Positions 12,820 through 25,798 of a DNA stretch of 64,000 nt are shown in pieces. Within the stretch, counting starts at the first letter, position 1; every line of letters begins with the position of its first letter. Under the pieces are notes generated by a model, which saw only the letters and a program-made list of their open reading frames with translations, searched no databases and was not told the origin of the DNA. Position numbers and translations under genes: made by a program. The stretch is from Lepidodermella squamata (Eukaryota > Animalia > Gastrotricha). The stretch lies in assembly GCA_047495785.1 (NCBI GenBank), contig JBLDXI010000009.1, forward strand, positions 3,906,001 to 3,970,000, in the 5' to 3' direction.

Positions 12820-14038
12820 TCACATATAATACGGAATTTCTACGCAATGATTAGCAGGTGAGCGGTTGTTGATATTGATGCTAACAGACGGCGTTACTAG
12901 ATGGCGGCGTTTCGTTGTGGCAACCACCGTTGTCGTACATAGCCGGTTCCACGTGGCGAATTCGGACCAAACCACAAGTGGGGCTTGGTATTTTCGCTCC
13001 TGAGGCTCGCCCTCTTCTTCGTCATCAAATTGCGAAACTTCGATCACTTTTGGCCGATAACGAAGCTTGTAATTATTTTTCTCGTTATTATCCCAATATT
13101 CACCTGGAAAAATTGGAAAAAAATTAATTAAAAACAAACAAATTAAAAATAGAAAAATTTAATTCAATTTAAAAATAAATTTAATTAAAAATAAAAATAA
13201 AATTAAAAATTTTACCTGGTTGATCCATGCATTGATAGCACGCGCAGAATTCAATTTGAGCACCCGGTTTGAGATGAGGCGGAATAGGTATACTGAACTG
13301 AAACAAATCGGTTTCTTTCGAGGCTAGCCGCGGCTTGGCGGGCCTGAAGTAATCAGCCTTCAGATCGACATGACTCGCCCAGTCGTCGAAGGTCAGCCGT
13401 ACGAAGACGTTTTTCGCGTATGACAAATTCCGCACACGAATCAGACCCTTGATATAGCCGCTTTTAATGTAGACACTCTCCAACGCGATGCTAGTCACCT
13501 TGAGTTTATCCGTGACTAATTTCGTGTAGTTGCTCAATCGATCGGGGAAAAGTAACTCGAAGCTGTTATCGGAATTTGCGTTGTGAGCTCGATGCTTTTC
13601 GTGGAACGTTTTCGTTGACCTCAATGGCTTTGACACCTTAACGAGATTTGTCAACATGTCGGAAATTGGCGAAGATTGGCCGCTATCGGCACTCCTTGCT
13701 TCAACTTCGTCATTGAGCGATAAATCGTAGTGGCGAACTAAGACTAGCGGCTTGCCATGGGCGTCGGCGAAGTGAACGTTCCGCTTGGGTGATTTTCCCA
13801 ACTCATCGCTATCGCTCGATTGATCGCTTACAACATCGAAATCGCCTTGCTCTTCAAGTGGCAAATCTATATAACAATTTTCATTAAAAAATGATTTATT
13901 TTTTAAACAAAATTTCAACTCACCCCAAAAGAAATATGACCTATTTTCAGTTTTGTATTCCGCCGGTAGAAGTAGTAGCGGTTCTAAAATTTCCGCATTC
14001 AGTTGTTCGGCTTGAATTTGCATTTTTAACGTAATCAT
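12820..14038 (-). CDS. PPP1R3: PP1 glycogen-targeting subunit (CBM21), array copy 2, ~349 aa
   Basis: Exons 14038-13924, 13866-13216, 13103-12820. KRNVHFAD; GLIRVRNLSYAKNVFVRLTFDDW; EYWDNN; WSEFATWN; ends IPYYM. Confidence 0.93.
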
Positions 14039-14335
14039 TAAAGATAAATTATATCGAATATAATCTAAATAGAAATAAAAATTCGAAAATATTATTATAT
14101 AACGTTGATGGTTAATGAGGAAAAGCGTGCTCTTGCGAATGTGCCTTAATACGCGTTTAGATAATGTGACAATGGGCTGTTATTGTTTATCTCTCGCGAA
14201 AAAACTTTTGGACACGCGCCCATGTCGTGCTGAATTTTTCATCATAGCTCTTAAAACTTAGAACCTCCCTTATCGCTGCTGTATAAGAAGGGAAAGAGGG
14301 AGAGGCTAAACTTCAATGAAACGTGATGATATGAC

Positions 14336-14352
14336 CGCGTGATGTCCACGTG
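14336..14352. promoter_or_regulatory. ChoRE-like tandem E-box (CGCGTG-N5-CACGTG)
   Basis: Two E-box-like hexamers spaced by exactly 5 nt, about 300 bp upstream of the copy 2 ATG. Confidence 0.4.
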
Positions 14353-16336
14353 AGAATGGTCAAGCGGTCAGCTACTAAAATTACTTATCAATTTTAGTGG
14401 AGTTTGGACCCGGTCAAATGTTGCGAAAATTGAACTGCTTTTAGCCCACCGGGTAATAAAACGCATAATGCGTATTTTTTGAGCCACCTTAAAATTAGGA
14501 CACATGTGCACACACACACTATAAAACCGCAGGTTCATAACAATTAAATGAGCAATTTCATAACACAGGTATATTTTAGTAACATGTTTTCGAGATGATG
14601 CAATCTTGCTTCATGCGTGTATATATATTTGAATTTTTAGCACGTTAAAATAGTTCGTTAAACATCAAAACACGGGCTAATATTTCAAGCTGTTGCTCTC
14701 GAAAAGGGTGTGGTTACGGTCATCATATGGCCCACGCGACGAAATTTTTGAGCTAGGATGTAGATAGATATCAGATAGGATTGTTTTATCGCTACACAAA
14801 GTCGAAAAGTAACGAATGAGCCACACCGCCGCGCGTGTCGATGTGTGGTATAAGTTCAACTCGAGCAGACAATTCTGACAGTATAAGACGAGGAGTTAAT
14901 AGGCTTATTCCACTCTAGGTATGTTGTTTATGCCGGCAAACGCCGTTTTTTTGTAATATAATATATTAAATGCGCCCACCCCTCATCGCAGTAATGGACA
15001 AAGCGTGGCAGGGTGATTCAGGGAAACGAGGGAGGGAAAAAATGAATTGCGCGTACAAGTTATAATATTATAGCCGATAAATCCTGAACTAGGGCGCGCC
15101 TTTCGCAAAAAAAACGGCATGACGTCATAAAGCAGTAACTCTCGCATGAGCGCTTCGTAATTCATTCAATATATCAAGGTGATGATTGAAACTTTCGAGA
15201 CTTTCATTACAAAAATGAGAACGAAGCGGTTGATTTGCTTGATTGAATCAAAAATCTCATTTTTTGAGGCCGTCGAAAATAATGAATGGATTCCGCAGAA
15301 AAAAAGATAAAATAACTATTATATCAAGGTGGATAAAATGAATTGAAAGAACGCAGTGAGGAGATAAGCCTCCGGCTCTAAAACCGCATGTTCTTGTCGT
15401 AGCAGTATGGCATGATCATTATGAATAAGAGGTATTCCTGCAGCCACGCATGCACACCTTCCGCATAAAAAGAGAGATACGCGTTTACATTATGAAAGAG
15501 GTCATAAATTAGATATGAATTTATTATTAATAGAAAAAGTAATCAAGAAAAGCGCTACTGGAAAGGTCATGCCGTAGTAGTGCGTGTTCTCACCATAAAA
15601 TTTCAGCTAACGCAAGATAACGTAAGATGACGCAATCGCGCGGGTAATGTGATACCCAGGTATATATTATTACTATACGCGTTTATAATTCTACCACTTG
15701 CGAGTTGTGCTATCCTTACTATTATTATTACTACACACGTATTGAGTCATCTCAGTTTTTTTTGGCAGCCGTTCATGAATAGGGCTAACTATGGGTTATA
15801 TTCTAGGGGGTGTGGCAAGTTTTTTTTGCACTACCTCCGCCTACGGACATTATATAAGAAATGCCTCTATACTTATACGAATAGAAGAGGTGTCTGATGA
15901 CGTCACTCGACGGCATTGAATTACAGGAAAGAATCTGACCTCTTCTTCCACGAGAAAAAGTTCGCATGGTGTGGCAAAAAAAATCATAAAAAATTTAGGC
16001 AGGTGTGTTAGCTCTAAGCAAAAAACGAAATGTATACACAAAACGCGCGCGCAAAAATTAATATTTCACAATATTTGCGTAGGGTTTATTATATAGCTGC
16101 AGTAGGTATAGCGTAAAAAAATGAATCGAACAGCTGATGAAATGTGACTTGTCATCGCGTGGGTTTATTTTCACACGCTTCAGATTCGAATGACTCAGGC
16201 AAAATTTGAAATGCTAATCAGTGAAAAATTAAGAGAACAAATGTTAGTTTCAAGAGGATCATTAATGAGATTAATAAATTCTATAAGTTCTGAAAGTCTA
16301 TTATCGCAGTCGGGTTTTTGATATCATCACCTGTTT

Positions 16337-17639
16337 TCATGCGACTGATAGCCATTGTCTTGAGCTCATTGTGTTATCGCGGCTTTGTTGGTTGCAATTT
16401 GTCCCGAGATAGCTGGCAAAATTGCAGCGGCTCAGGTCGTTGAGTTCACCGCTTTTCGAGCTGATTTGTTGAGCATTAGTATCGACCAGCGCCATTTTAC
16501 AACTCGACTTGAGATCAGTTTTAGCGATAAATTGCGGCGCAGGATGGAATCGGATCGAATAGTTCGAGCCGTCGTTATTATCCCAAAATTCGCCTGTTAT
16601 TTTGGGGAGAAATTGAAAAAATATTAATCAGATTTTAGCCAGACTTTGTAAGATTTAATCAGACGCAACCATTTAATAGGGAGAAGCTTGGAAAATTCAG
16701 AAAGGATTCAGCTTCAGTGCTGAGAATTCAAGCGAATTTTTGTCAAGTTACACTCCAATTTAATTATTTTTTTATTATTTTTTTTGAATTTTAGCGGTAA
16801 AATCGAAACAAAATATATAATAATTATTTGTTGGAGAATTTATTTGAAAATTCAAGAAAGTCTGTTATAAATATTGGAAATACCTGCGACACCTGTGCAG
16901 CAAATGCAAAATTGAACGATAGTTCCTGGCATGAGATTTTTCGAAAATGGAACGCAAAATTCGAACGATTGGTAGCTTTCGTCACTTGGCCAATAATCAC
17001 TCAGCATCTCGGCTGATATATCGAAACACGAGTCCCAATCGTCGAACGACACTCGGGCAAAGACGTCTTTCGGGCTTGGCAAATTCCACACTAAGACGTG
17101 GCCAATCAGGTGATTTTCGATGAAGTTCAAGCTACGTAAAGCTACGTTTTGATTTTGGAGTTTGAATTTGAACAGAGCCATGTCGCGAAGCGGGTTCGGG
17201 AAAAGTAAGTCGACCGTATCGTGCACGGTGACATTTTCGGTCGATTTCGATTTCACAGTATCGGAGACAAACAGAAGAACCGAAGCCTGAAACATTTTCG
17301 AACTTCGAGAAACAATTCTTCGATTGGGGAAATTTTTTACCAAAGGTTTCCCAATACTATCGGCAAATCGGACTTGTTTTTTCTTGCTAGATCTCGAAGA
17401 TTGCTTAGCGGGGCTTGCTTGCTTGGGCAAAGGCGGAATAATGGCCATTTGGCGGGGGATTCTGATTGTCCCTATTGAGAAACGGACCTCAGCTTGTTCA
17501 GATTCTTCTTCTGGACCAAAAACGAACATTTCACATTATTAACACCGAATTATTAATGAAAATTACCGAAAATTGTGGGAAGTGATACGGCAGAATTTGC
17601 GGAAAATTCATTTGTGGTGTAATTTAATATTTCCGCCAT
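16337..17639 (-). CDS. PPP1R3: PP1 glycogen-targeting subunit (CBM21), array copy 3 (divergent), ~318 aa
   Basis: Exons 17639-17567, 17510-16884, 16593-16337. KKQVRFAD; GHVLVWNLPSPKDVFARVSFDDW; EFWDNNDGSNY; degenerate tail (CNFASY...QWLSVA*). Confidence 0.88.
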
Positions 17640-18170
17640 TTATGAACTTGATATGAATCCGATTTTTCCGGGCCGGTTGCAACAATGTAAACAAACTTGT
17701 TTTTCAGGTGTTTTAATTAAATGTGTACTACGCGGTTAGTTCAAAGTCAACGGAGCTTTGCGAGGTCCCCAACAACAGATCGGGCGTTTATATATTCGGG
17801 TTAATTAATTAACCACGCCCCTATTCCTAGATTCGGACGCGTGCCATATTAGGGCAGATGGGTTTTTTATGCACAGCTTTGAAAGCAGCTGATGACCAGT
17901 GGTCATAACACCCTGAAATAACAACCACAGCCGGCGTGTTGTTTACGTTTTAGTTAGGAATGCAGAAAAAAACATGATCCTTAATAGTTTTGTTATTTTC
18001 CGGACAGCATTTTTTGCTGAAAAAAGTAGGTGAGCTTATATACGGAGGTGAAAAAACAACAAAAAATGTATCCGACTTAACTTGAGATAGACCTTTGAGA
18101 ACAGACAAAAATTGTCACCCAATCAGAGGACAATTTTGTGAGAGGCCAAAAATCGTGTGATTTTCACGTA

Positions 18171-18906
18171 CCGTAACGACGTGTATCTTTTGACAAAACG
18201 TGTTTTTCGAACATTAAAAATCAGTTTTTACTCCCAAATTTTAGAAATTTTCACAAAAGGTAGGGACGGTGATTCTTGACGGTGATTTACAGAATTTTAC
18301 CTGACTTTTGGCAAATTAAAATGTGTTCCGGTATAACTTCGGACAATTATAATTTTGGACACTCATTTGCATATGCAATTTCATTGCAATTTCAGTGTGA
18401 ATTATCTGTTTTTTTATGGTTTCTCATTTAATCTTGGGTCAGATTTCGAACAAAATTATGAACAGATGGCGCATCATCTATTTCTCGGAAGTTCAATAAG
18501 AATATCTACATTTCTGCGCATACATAAACCGTCCAAAAGTGTCCAAAATTTCCCCCATTTTTACCTGTTTTTCAGGTAAATGCCCTGCTAAAACGCGTCG
18601 ACGGATTGTTATTTTTTCTTCGATTATAGGGAGAGTAAAGATAGGGGAATACTCATGCCAACTTTTATTGAAAACTGATGGATTGTTAGAAAGATAAAAG
18701 GGGGGTCCCAGAACGGCACCTAAAGTATAACTGCTTGTAACTTTTTCTGAAATCCGGTTTCAGCTCCAATCGTCTTGATTTTTATTTCAAACGAAAGCTG
18801 AAGAGGCGGAGAATTTTATGCAAAAACCCCCATGATTTAAACATTCAACACCTGCAAAGCCGAAAGTGTCCAAAGTTATCGTGTCCACAGTTACCACACG
18901 CTACGG
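18171..18906. mobile_element. Non-autonomous Tc1/pogo-type element (TA-flanked, imperfect TIRs)
   Basis: Left end TA|CCGTAACGACGTGTATCTTTTGACA; right end TGTCCACAGTTACCACACGCTACGG|TA. Internal segments (CTCATTTGCATATG; TTCGATT..GAGAGTAAA) recur at about 23670-23880. Confidence 0.45.
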
Positions 18907-19223
18907 TATAACTGAAAAATACGCGCTTTTTTTTAAAATTCCACCTTAAAATTTTTAGGGCGTGAAAAAAATTGGGCTGCACAAAACTTCCGATATCAAA
19001 TAACACCAAAAATAAAAAAAAATTATATTTTATTGACTGTTTTTGTTGTCAATTCAGCACATTCAAGAAAATATCGCTGTGAAACTGGTTATTTTTGCGA
19101 ATATTTTTGTACATAAAACCTCACCGCTGGAATAAGTATAACCAGTTGTTTTTTGTCTAATCAATTCGACTACTATTAAATACTATTTCACTAATGTCCT
19201 CGCCGCTGTGTCCAAAATTTCCT

Positions 19224-20455
19224 TCACCAGTAGGAGAATGAGACATCGATTCGGGCTGTGGCTGGCGATCGGTTGTTGAAAGAAGAATTTGTTTGGTAAT
19301 CGCCGCTGTTCCATGCCGCAAATTCTGACCAGATGAATTCACGCATTCGCTCGACTCGCTGGGCGTCCAAAGCTGCACTGATTTCGGGCAAATCGCCGCT
19401 ATTTTGCGACACTGGCGTAGCGGAGGCGGGCGCGTAGCGGAGTGAAAAATTTCGGCTCAAGTTGTTATCCCAGAAATCACCTTGAAAATAAAAAATCCCA
19501 TTTTTGATTAGGATCTTTTCGAACACCTTCACTTGAAACTTCAGTTGAGCTGTGAAATTGTTATTTTGATTTCCGTATTCCTGAATATTTGGATTATAAA
19601 TCAATTCAAAAATTAATTAATAATTTAAAGAATTGAATTTGGATTTGAATAAAAAATAATTGAATAAAATTTACAATTTCTATCCGGGCAGTGATAGCAC
19701 ACGCTGAAATCAGCCATAGTTCCGGGTTTGAGGTGGGGCGGAACTGGAATTTCAAAGTCGAAACTCTCGCTCTTTTCATCCCCAATTATCCGCCCGAGCT
19801 CTGGCTGGTGATAATGAGCCTGCCAGTCGTGCGACGACGCCCAGTTATCGAAGGTAATTCGAACGAAGACGTTTTTCTCGTACGACAAATTGCGCACCCT
19901 GATTGACCCAGTTATCGCATTTAACCGGCCGCAAACGCTTTCGAGGGCGATATTATTAGCATCGAGCCGTTCGGAAACCTGTTGAGCGCTGGGTTTCGCG
20001 AACAGCTTCTCAAAAGTTTCAGAGTTGTCAATGTTCGTGGGGGTAGGTTGACTCAAATTCTCCCGCTTATTTCTGCTGTCGAAGAAGTGATTGTGCCAGG
20101 ACGAGCGTAGCGCCTCAGCAGCGCCCGATAGCATTTGAGCAAGGGCGGATTTCACGTCATCGGGTTCGATTTGGTAAACCGTAGCTAGCGGCTTGCCGTT
20201 GTAGTCTGCGAAGGTGACGCTCTTCTTCGGCTTCAAAGGCTTATTATTATCATCGATGCTTTTCGATTTTACAAAAAACATCAAAGGCTCGCCGCACCCG
20301 TCGCGGCCGTCCAAGGTCGTATCTGGGATTTATAGAATTCGAATTCAATTTTTCCAATAATTTACTCGCAACTAACCCCACATGACCACATTTTGGTAGA
20401 AATACTCAGCTTTTGGATGGGAATAGTCATCTTCATGCTGCGATAGGTTGATCAT
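19224..20455 (-). CDS. PPP1R3: PP1 glycogen-targeting subunit (CBM21), array copy 4, ~327 aa
   Basis: Exons 20455-20377, 20322-19675, 19480-19224. KKSVTFAD; GSIRVRNLSYEKNVFVRITFDNW; DFWDNN; WSEFAAWN; ends FSYW. Confidence 0.93.
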
Positions 20456-21437
20456 TTTTTCGAAAATTATTAGGACATAAGGACGATGATTTGAAATTCT
20501 AATGGACAGTATCAAGGTTATTATATATTAGGTGTAGCCACTTGTTTACACGAAACTTAATACACGTACAGTATGTAGCATAATATTATAACGAGTATGT
20601 TTTTTTTCTGCGCTCAGCTCAGATAAAAAAATGCTATTAGCGCATATAATACTTTCAACGTACACGCGCCTTACTTTGTAGAAAAAACTGTCCGAAACGA
20701 GTTGCGGTATTAAACATATGCAGCATATTTCTTTTATTATTTGTATTATTATTAACGAGCCGGCCCGTAGGGAAATGCCAGCAGCAGAGCTGTTTGATAT
20801 CAAAGTCCAATAGCGCGTTGGCAAGAAGTACAAGAACGTGTATTGCCTGTTGTTTTTATCGACTCGTACTATTTTTGGCTACTTGGCGAACTCAAGGCCT
20901 ACGAGCGTACGAAAATCACACCTGACTATAGGCGCATTATTTGAATTAAAAATCAGTCTAAAGAAGAAAAGGCAAAAAACGCACCTTGGAACTTTTTTGT
21001 GAAGACAACACATCGACATGACCTAATTTTTCAAATCGCGAAAATTAATTATGCGCACAGTCAAAAACTGTAACAAAAAAGTTAATGGACCAAAGCGAAC
21101 ATTTCGATGAAAAAAATTAACATGATGCGAGCGAAAATCAGAAAATGCTGAAAATGAATTTTCCCGGGTCCAAATTGAAGGAAAAACAATTTTCGCTGGA
21201 ACAATTTTTTTGATTAAAAAACGACACAGTTCATTTAATTTTTCGTGTTTTATTAGACATCGAAATGTATATTTTTCGGCATTTGCAATGCCGAGAGCAC
21301 TCGTCGAAAATTGGAATAGAAAATTTTTGTATGGAAGAAAAACCGGGCGAGGAGTTAATATCAAATAAATCCACCGTTCATCTCACATTCTCAACGTCTC
21401 AATTAGAAAATATTAATATAACTTTATATAGGGCCGA

Positions 21438-22473
21438 TCACCAATAGCAGCAATTCATCTCAACGCGTAGGTCAGGAGTTGATTGGTGGCGGGTTATTTG
21501 ATTTGTTTGACAGCAGTCGCTGCTGTTTAGCGCTGAAAATTCAGACCAGATAATTTCACGAATTCTAGCCGCTCGTTCGGCATCTAATGCCTTGCTGATA
21601 GCTTCTGAAGATGACGAGTCGGCGGTTTTAACTGGGGCCGGCGTGCAATAGCCAGGCGAGTAACGAAGCGAATAGTTAGAGCTGCAGTTGTTATCCCAGA
21701 AATCACCTGGCAAAAAGAAAATTGAATAAATTTATCGAAAAAACCAGGATTTTTTAATTTACAATTTTTATCTGGGCAGTGATAGCAGACGCAGAAATTA
21801 GCCAAAGTTCCGGGTTTGAGGTGAGGCGGAACTGGAACTTCAAAGTCGAAGCTTTCCGAGGTATTGCTAGCAACTTCAGGCTGGTGATACTGAGCCTCCC
21901 AATCGTGCGATGACACCCAGTTGTCGAAGGTTATTCGAACGAAGACGTTTTTCTTGTACGACAAATTGCGCACCCTAATCGACCCAGTTATCGCATTTAG
22001 TCGGCCGCAAACGCTTTCAAGCGCGACGTTGTTCGCATCGAGGCGTTCAGAGACCTGCTGATCGCTCGGTGTCGAGAACAATCGCTCGAAAATTTCGTCG
22101 TCGTCATCGTCGTTTTGAGCCGGGGGTTTATCGCTTTGGTAGGTCGATCGCAGAGCTTCAGCGGCACTTGATAGCATTAGCGCCAGGGCTGATTTCGTCT
22201 CAGGCTCGATTTGATGAATCGTAGCCAGGGGCTTGCCGCTGTCGTCTGCGAAGCTGACTCGTTTTTTAGGTTTCGAGACTTTCTTGACGTTGTACGCCGA
22301 AGAGTCGCTGTCACATCGATCTCGGCAGTCGAAGTTGGTATCTATTAATAAATGTATTCATTTATCATCAAATTATTGAGCGTCTTATACTTACCCCATA
22401 GTACGAAATCTCGAGTGAATTCAACCTCGGAGAAGGTGAAATTTTCAAATTGTTGAGGCAACACGGATAGCAT
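21438..22473 (-). CDS. PPP1R3: PP1 glycogen-targeting subunit (CBM21), array copy 5, ~308 aa
   Basis: Exons 22473-22395, 22341-21763, 21706-21438. KKRVSFAD; CBM21 nearly identical to copy 4; WSEFSALN; ends CCYW. Confidence 0.93.
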
Positions 22474-23659
22474 TTTTATGAATTATTAGTTTATAACAAT
22501 TGTTTGCAAATGAAGAAACCAGCTGTATAACAGGCGGTTTTATAGTGGCATTAGCATGTTGTTTACGCCCATTTTTATGGTAGAAAAAAACGCTGCGTAA
22601 CATGACGATATACCTTTTTTCTGTCCGAAACGAGGCAGGCCCCTGCGCGATAATATAGCATGTGAAACTGCCGGCAGGCACGCGTTTATTACGCTTCACC
22701 GCAGCGGGTGTGGATATGCATTTTGTTATGCCAAGAACTCTGTTTACACAGCCCGGATTCCCCCAGTTTTCTATATCATCACATGAATTAGAACATTTTG
22801 CCCTGTTTGAGGACGTTTAACGCTCCATTAAGAGTTGCCTTGAGTCTTGAAACAAGTGTTATAGAGCGGGAGTTCTATAACAAAAACAATTAGAAAAAGC
22901 ACAATTTATACAGTTTTGAACTCTAATTTTCAGGTTAATGCTGGTTAATACCTTGCTTTTGCTGTAAGAAATCCTTATAAATATAGAGAAAAGACGATAA
23001 ACCAAACAAATATTGGCTTAAAGCCAACAGGTATATCAAGGTTCAAGGTTTCTTTTAATACATTTTCATCGATGATTAACTTTTGAAAATATGTAAGAGA
23101 CCCTGAAGATAAATCCTGAAATTTCCAACATTCGTAATTCGTAATCGTATATGTTATAGGATTTAATGAATAAAACGACCAGGCTTTGAGAGCGATTTCA
23201 AATTGGTATTTTCGGTAGCATGTACCATAACTCCAAAAAATATTAGGATGTACAATTTTACATTCGGGGTCAGCGAGGTGGCGATTTGCAACACCTGTAA
23301 TTTGCATTTTCATTCATGCTCATTTAAATCATGACGGCGATAGGTCGGACGGCAGACTCAAGCTTGTTTACATCAGTTTGAACGCTACAGGTGAAACGTA
23401 ATAAAAAGCGTTATCACGTTTTTATTGTACATGAATGAATAGAGGCTAAAATAAACACCGTAATACGGAATAATGAGGCAGAACCTGAATAAAGGCCAGG
23501 GCGCTTAGAGGACAATCGTCAAAAATTGAACTGAGCCCGACAAACCCTTTGAGACTATGTTTTCGAAGGTCAAATTTCAGCTCAAAAGACGAAGATGGGT
23601 ATGGATTTTCCTGCAAATTGTTGGGACCAGACTATTTTGTCTGATTTTTGGAAAATGAA

Positions 23660-23885
23660 CCTAATTTTTAATGCTCATTTGCATATGATCATTGAACCCT
23701 AATTCGCATTAGCTTCTAAATTCACCCTTGAATTCAGATTGGGAAGAAAATTAAGAATGGATCAGCTGAAATTTCCCCTTTATTTTGTGTAGTCACTACA
23801 GGATCTTATACTTCAAGCCTTGCTTGATCCCGCTGTCGGAATTTAGGTACTTTTTCTTTCGATTTCGTGAGAGTAAAAAGGTTAA
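23660..23885. repeat. Diverged partial copy of the repeat at 18.3-18.6 kb
   Basis: Shares CTCATTTGCATATG, TCAGATT..GAA.AAAATTA.GAA and TTCGATT..GAGAGTAAA in the same order. Confidence 0.45.
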
Positions 23886-24597
23886 ATGTAATTTCATTCG
23901 ATCATTTCAAAGAATATTAGGGTCGCTGAACGAAGTTCCACTGCTTCTCTGAAAATATATTTTCGCTCCAATCACCTTCGATTTAGATCTCAAACGATAG
24001 CTAATGAGGCGGAAAATCACGTGTTTAAAACGTCCAATCCTGAAAACTAAATCCATCACCTGGAAAGCCCAAGGTGTCCAAGGCCACTCTGTCCACATGG
24101 TAATTATCAGCCGAATTCGCAGCTTATCTAAATCGAATTTACTCGCATGAGCTTGCTTGCTATTTCGCTTCAAATTTTCCATCGCAAACAATCACTCAAA
24201 ATTATCTGCTAGATTTGAGAATTTAGACCAAAGATGATATTGAAGGGTTATGATTGACAACAAACAGCCCAGATGACAAATTTTAATTGACTGCAGTGGG
24301 ATTTTTATATAATTATAGCTCGCGGCACGTGCCTGCTTTAATTTCCATATTTTCCTTGGTTGGGGACAAAAAGGTAACTCTTATCATTTCCTCGATATCA
24401 AACAGTTTTATTTCAGCCTTTTCACTGAAAATAATGAAGCAATGTGTTTGATATCATGAATAATTATTAAAAAATGGCGGTAATAATACCATATTAAATA
24501 TCTCAGAGGTCAAGTGCCTCCGCACCACTAAGTGTCACGTTTTCTCAAAAGAATTCACTGAAGCAAGCTAGAGGAAGGGGGAATCTTCGGAGATTGG

Positions 24598-25798
24598 TCA
24601 CCAGTAGTAGGGTGTAGCACTGCGAGCAGCATTTATTGCCGGCGGCCGATTACTGCCGCCAGCCAACGGTGATGAACAATAGCTTCGCTGATCGTTCCAG
24701 GCCGCGAATTCAGACCAGATTAAGTTGCGTAATTGTTGAGCTTGTTCCGCATCTTGTGAAACCGCAAGCTCGTTCGAAGGTGAGGATCGGGGCGAAAATC
24801 GCAGCGAGTAATTATGACCGAAATTACTATCCCAAAATTCACCTGTGAAATAAAAAATAAATACGTCAAAATTCGATTTTTATGAAGAAAATAATTCCGA
24901 AATTTTTTGAAAATTTTGAATTTTGAAAGTTAAAATATAAGTTGAATTTTCAATTTTTAATGTCAATTCCCTCTTTAGAATAGTTCAGAAAAATTTTGAA
25001 AATTTTGAAATTTGAAATTTAATTTAAAATTCACTCTTTAGATTTTTTTTTCATGAATTTCAGTGAAACTTACAATTTTTATCCGGGCACTGATAGCACG
25101 CGCAGAGATCGACGATGGCGCCGGATTTCAAGTGAGGCGGAACGGGTATTTCGAACTCGAACAGTTCAGACTCGTCATCAGACGTTGCGAGGTAGGAGGC
25201 TTGCCAGTCACCATGCGAAGCCCATCCATCGAAAGTAATTCGAGCAAAGACATTTTTTACGAAAGATAAATTGCGCACCCTGATCAGGCCGCTAATCGAG
25301 TTCATCCGACCGGAAACGCTCTCCAAAGCGATGTTTTGCGATTGCAGCCTCTCTCCGACCACTTGCGAAGTCAAAGCCGGGAAGAGGCGTTCGAAAAGTT
25401 CTTCCCTTATCGACGACTTTCTTTCAATCGAAGTCGTGACACTGACGTATTGGCAGGTAGATTGCAGGGCTTGAGCGGCCGCTGATAGCATTACCGATAG
25501 AGGAGAGTGGGTTTCATTTTCGAAGTGGCGAATTGTGACGAGAGGCTGGCCGATCGTATCGGCGAAAGATACGGACTTCTTACGTTTAACCGGCTTCTTT
25601 TCAGTATTACTGTTAGAAGTTGTTAGAAGCGCATTTTCCAGATTACCGAAAATCGTTTCTAAGGTAAAAATTCGGAAAAATTAAGGGGTATCGAAATAAG
25701 GAATATTATAACTCACCCCAATAAATGTTTCGCCGGGTAAACTCGACATCAGGGAACTTAAACTCAGCGACTTCACGTTGAACAAGCGTAATCATCAT
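24598..25798 (-). CDS. PPP1R3: PP1 glycogen-targeting subunit (CBM21), array copy 6, ~303 aa
   Basis: Exons 25798-25717, 25658-25074, 24842-24598. KKSVSFAD; GLIRVRNLSFVKNVFARITFDGW; EFWDSN (variant of WDNN); WSEFAAWN; ends TPYYW. Confidence 0.92.
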
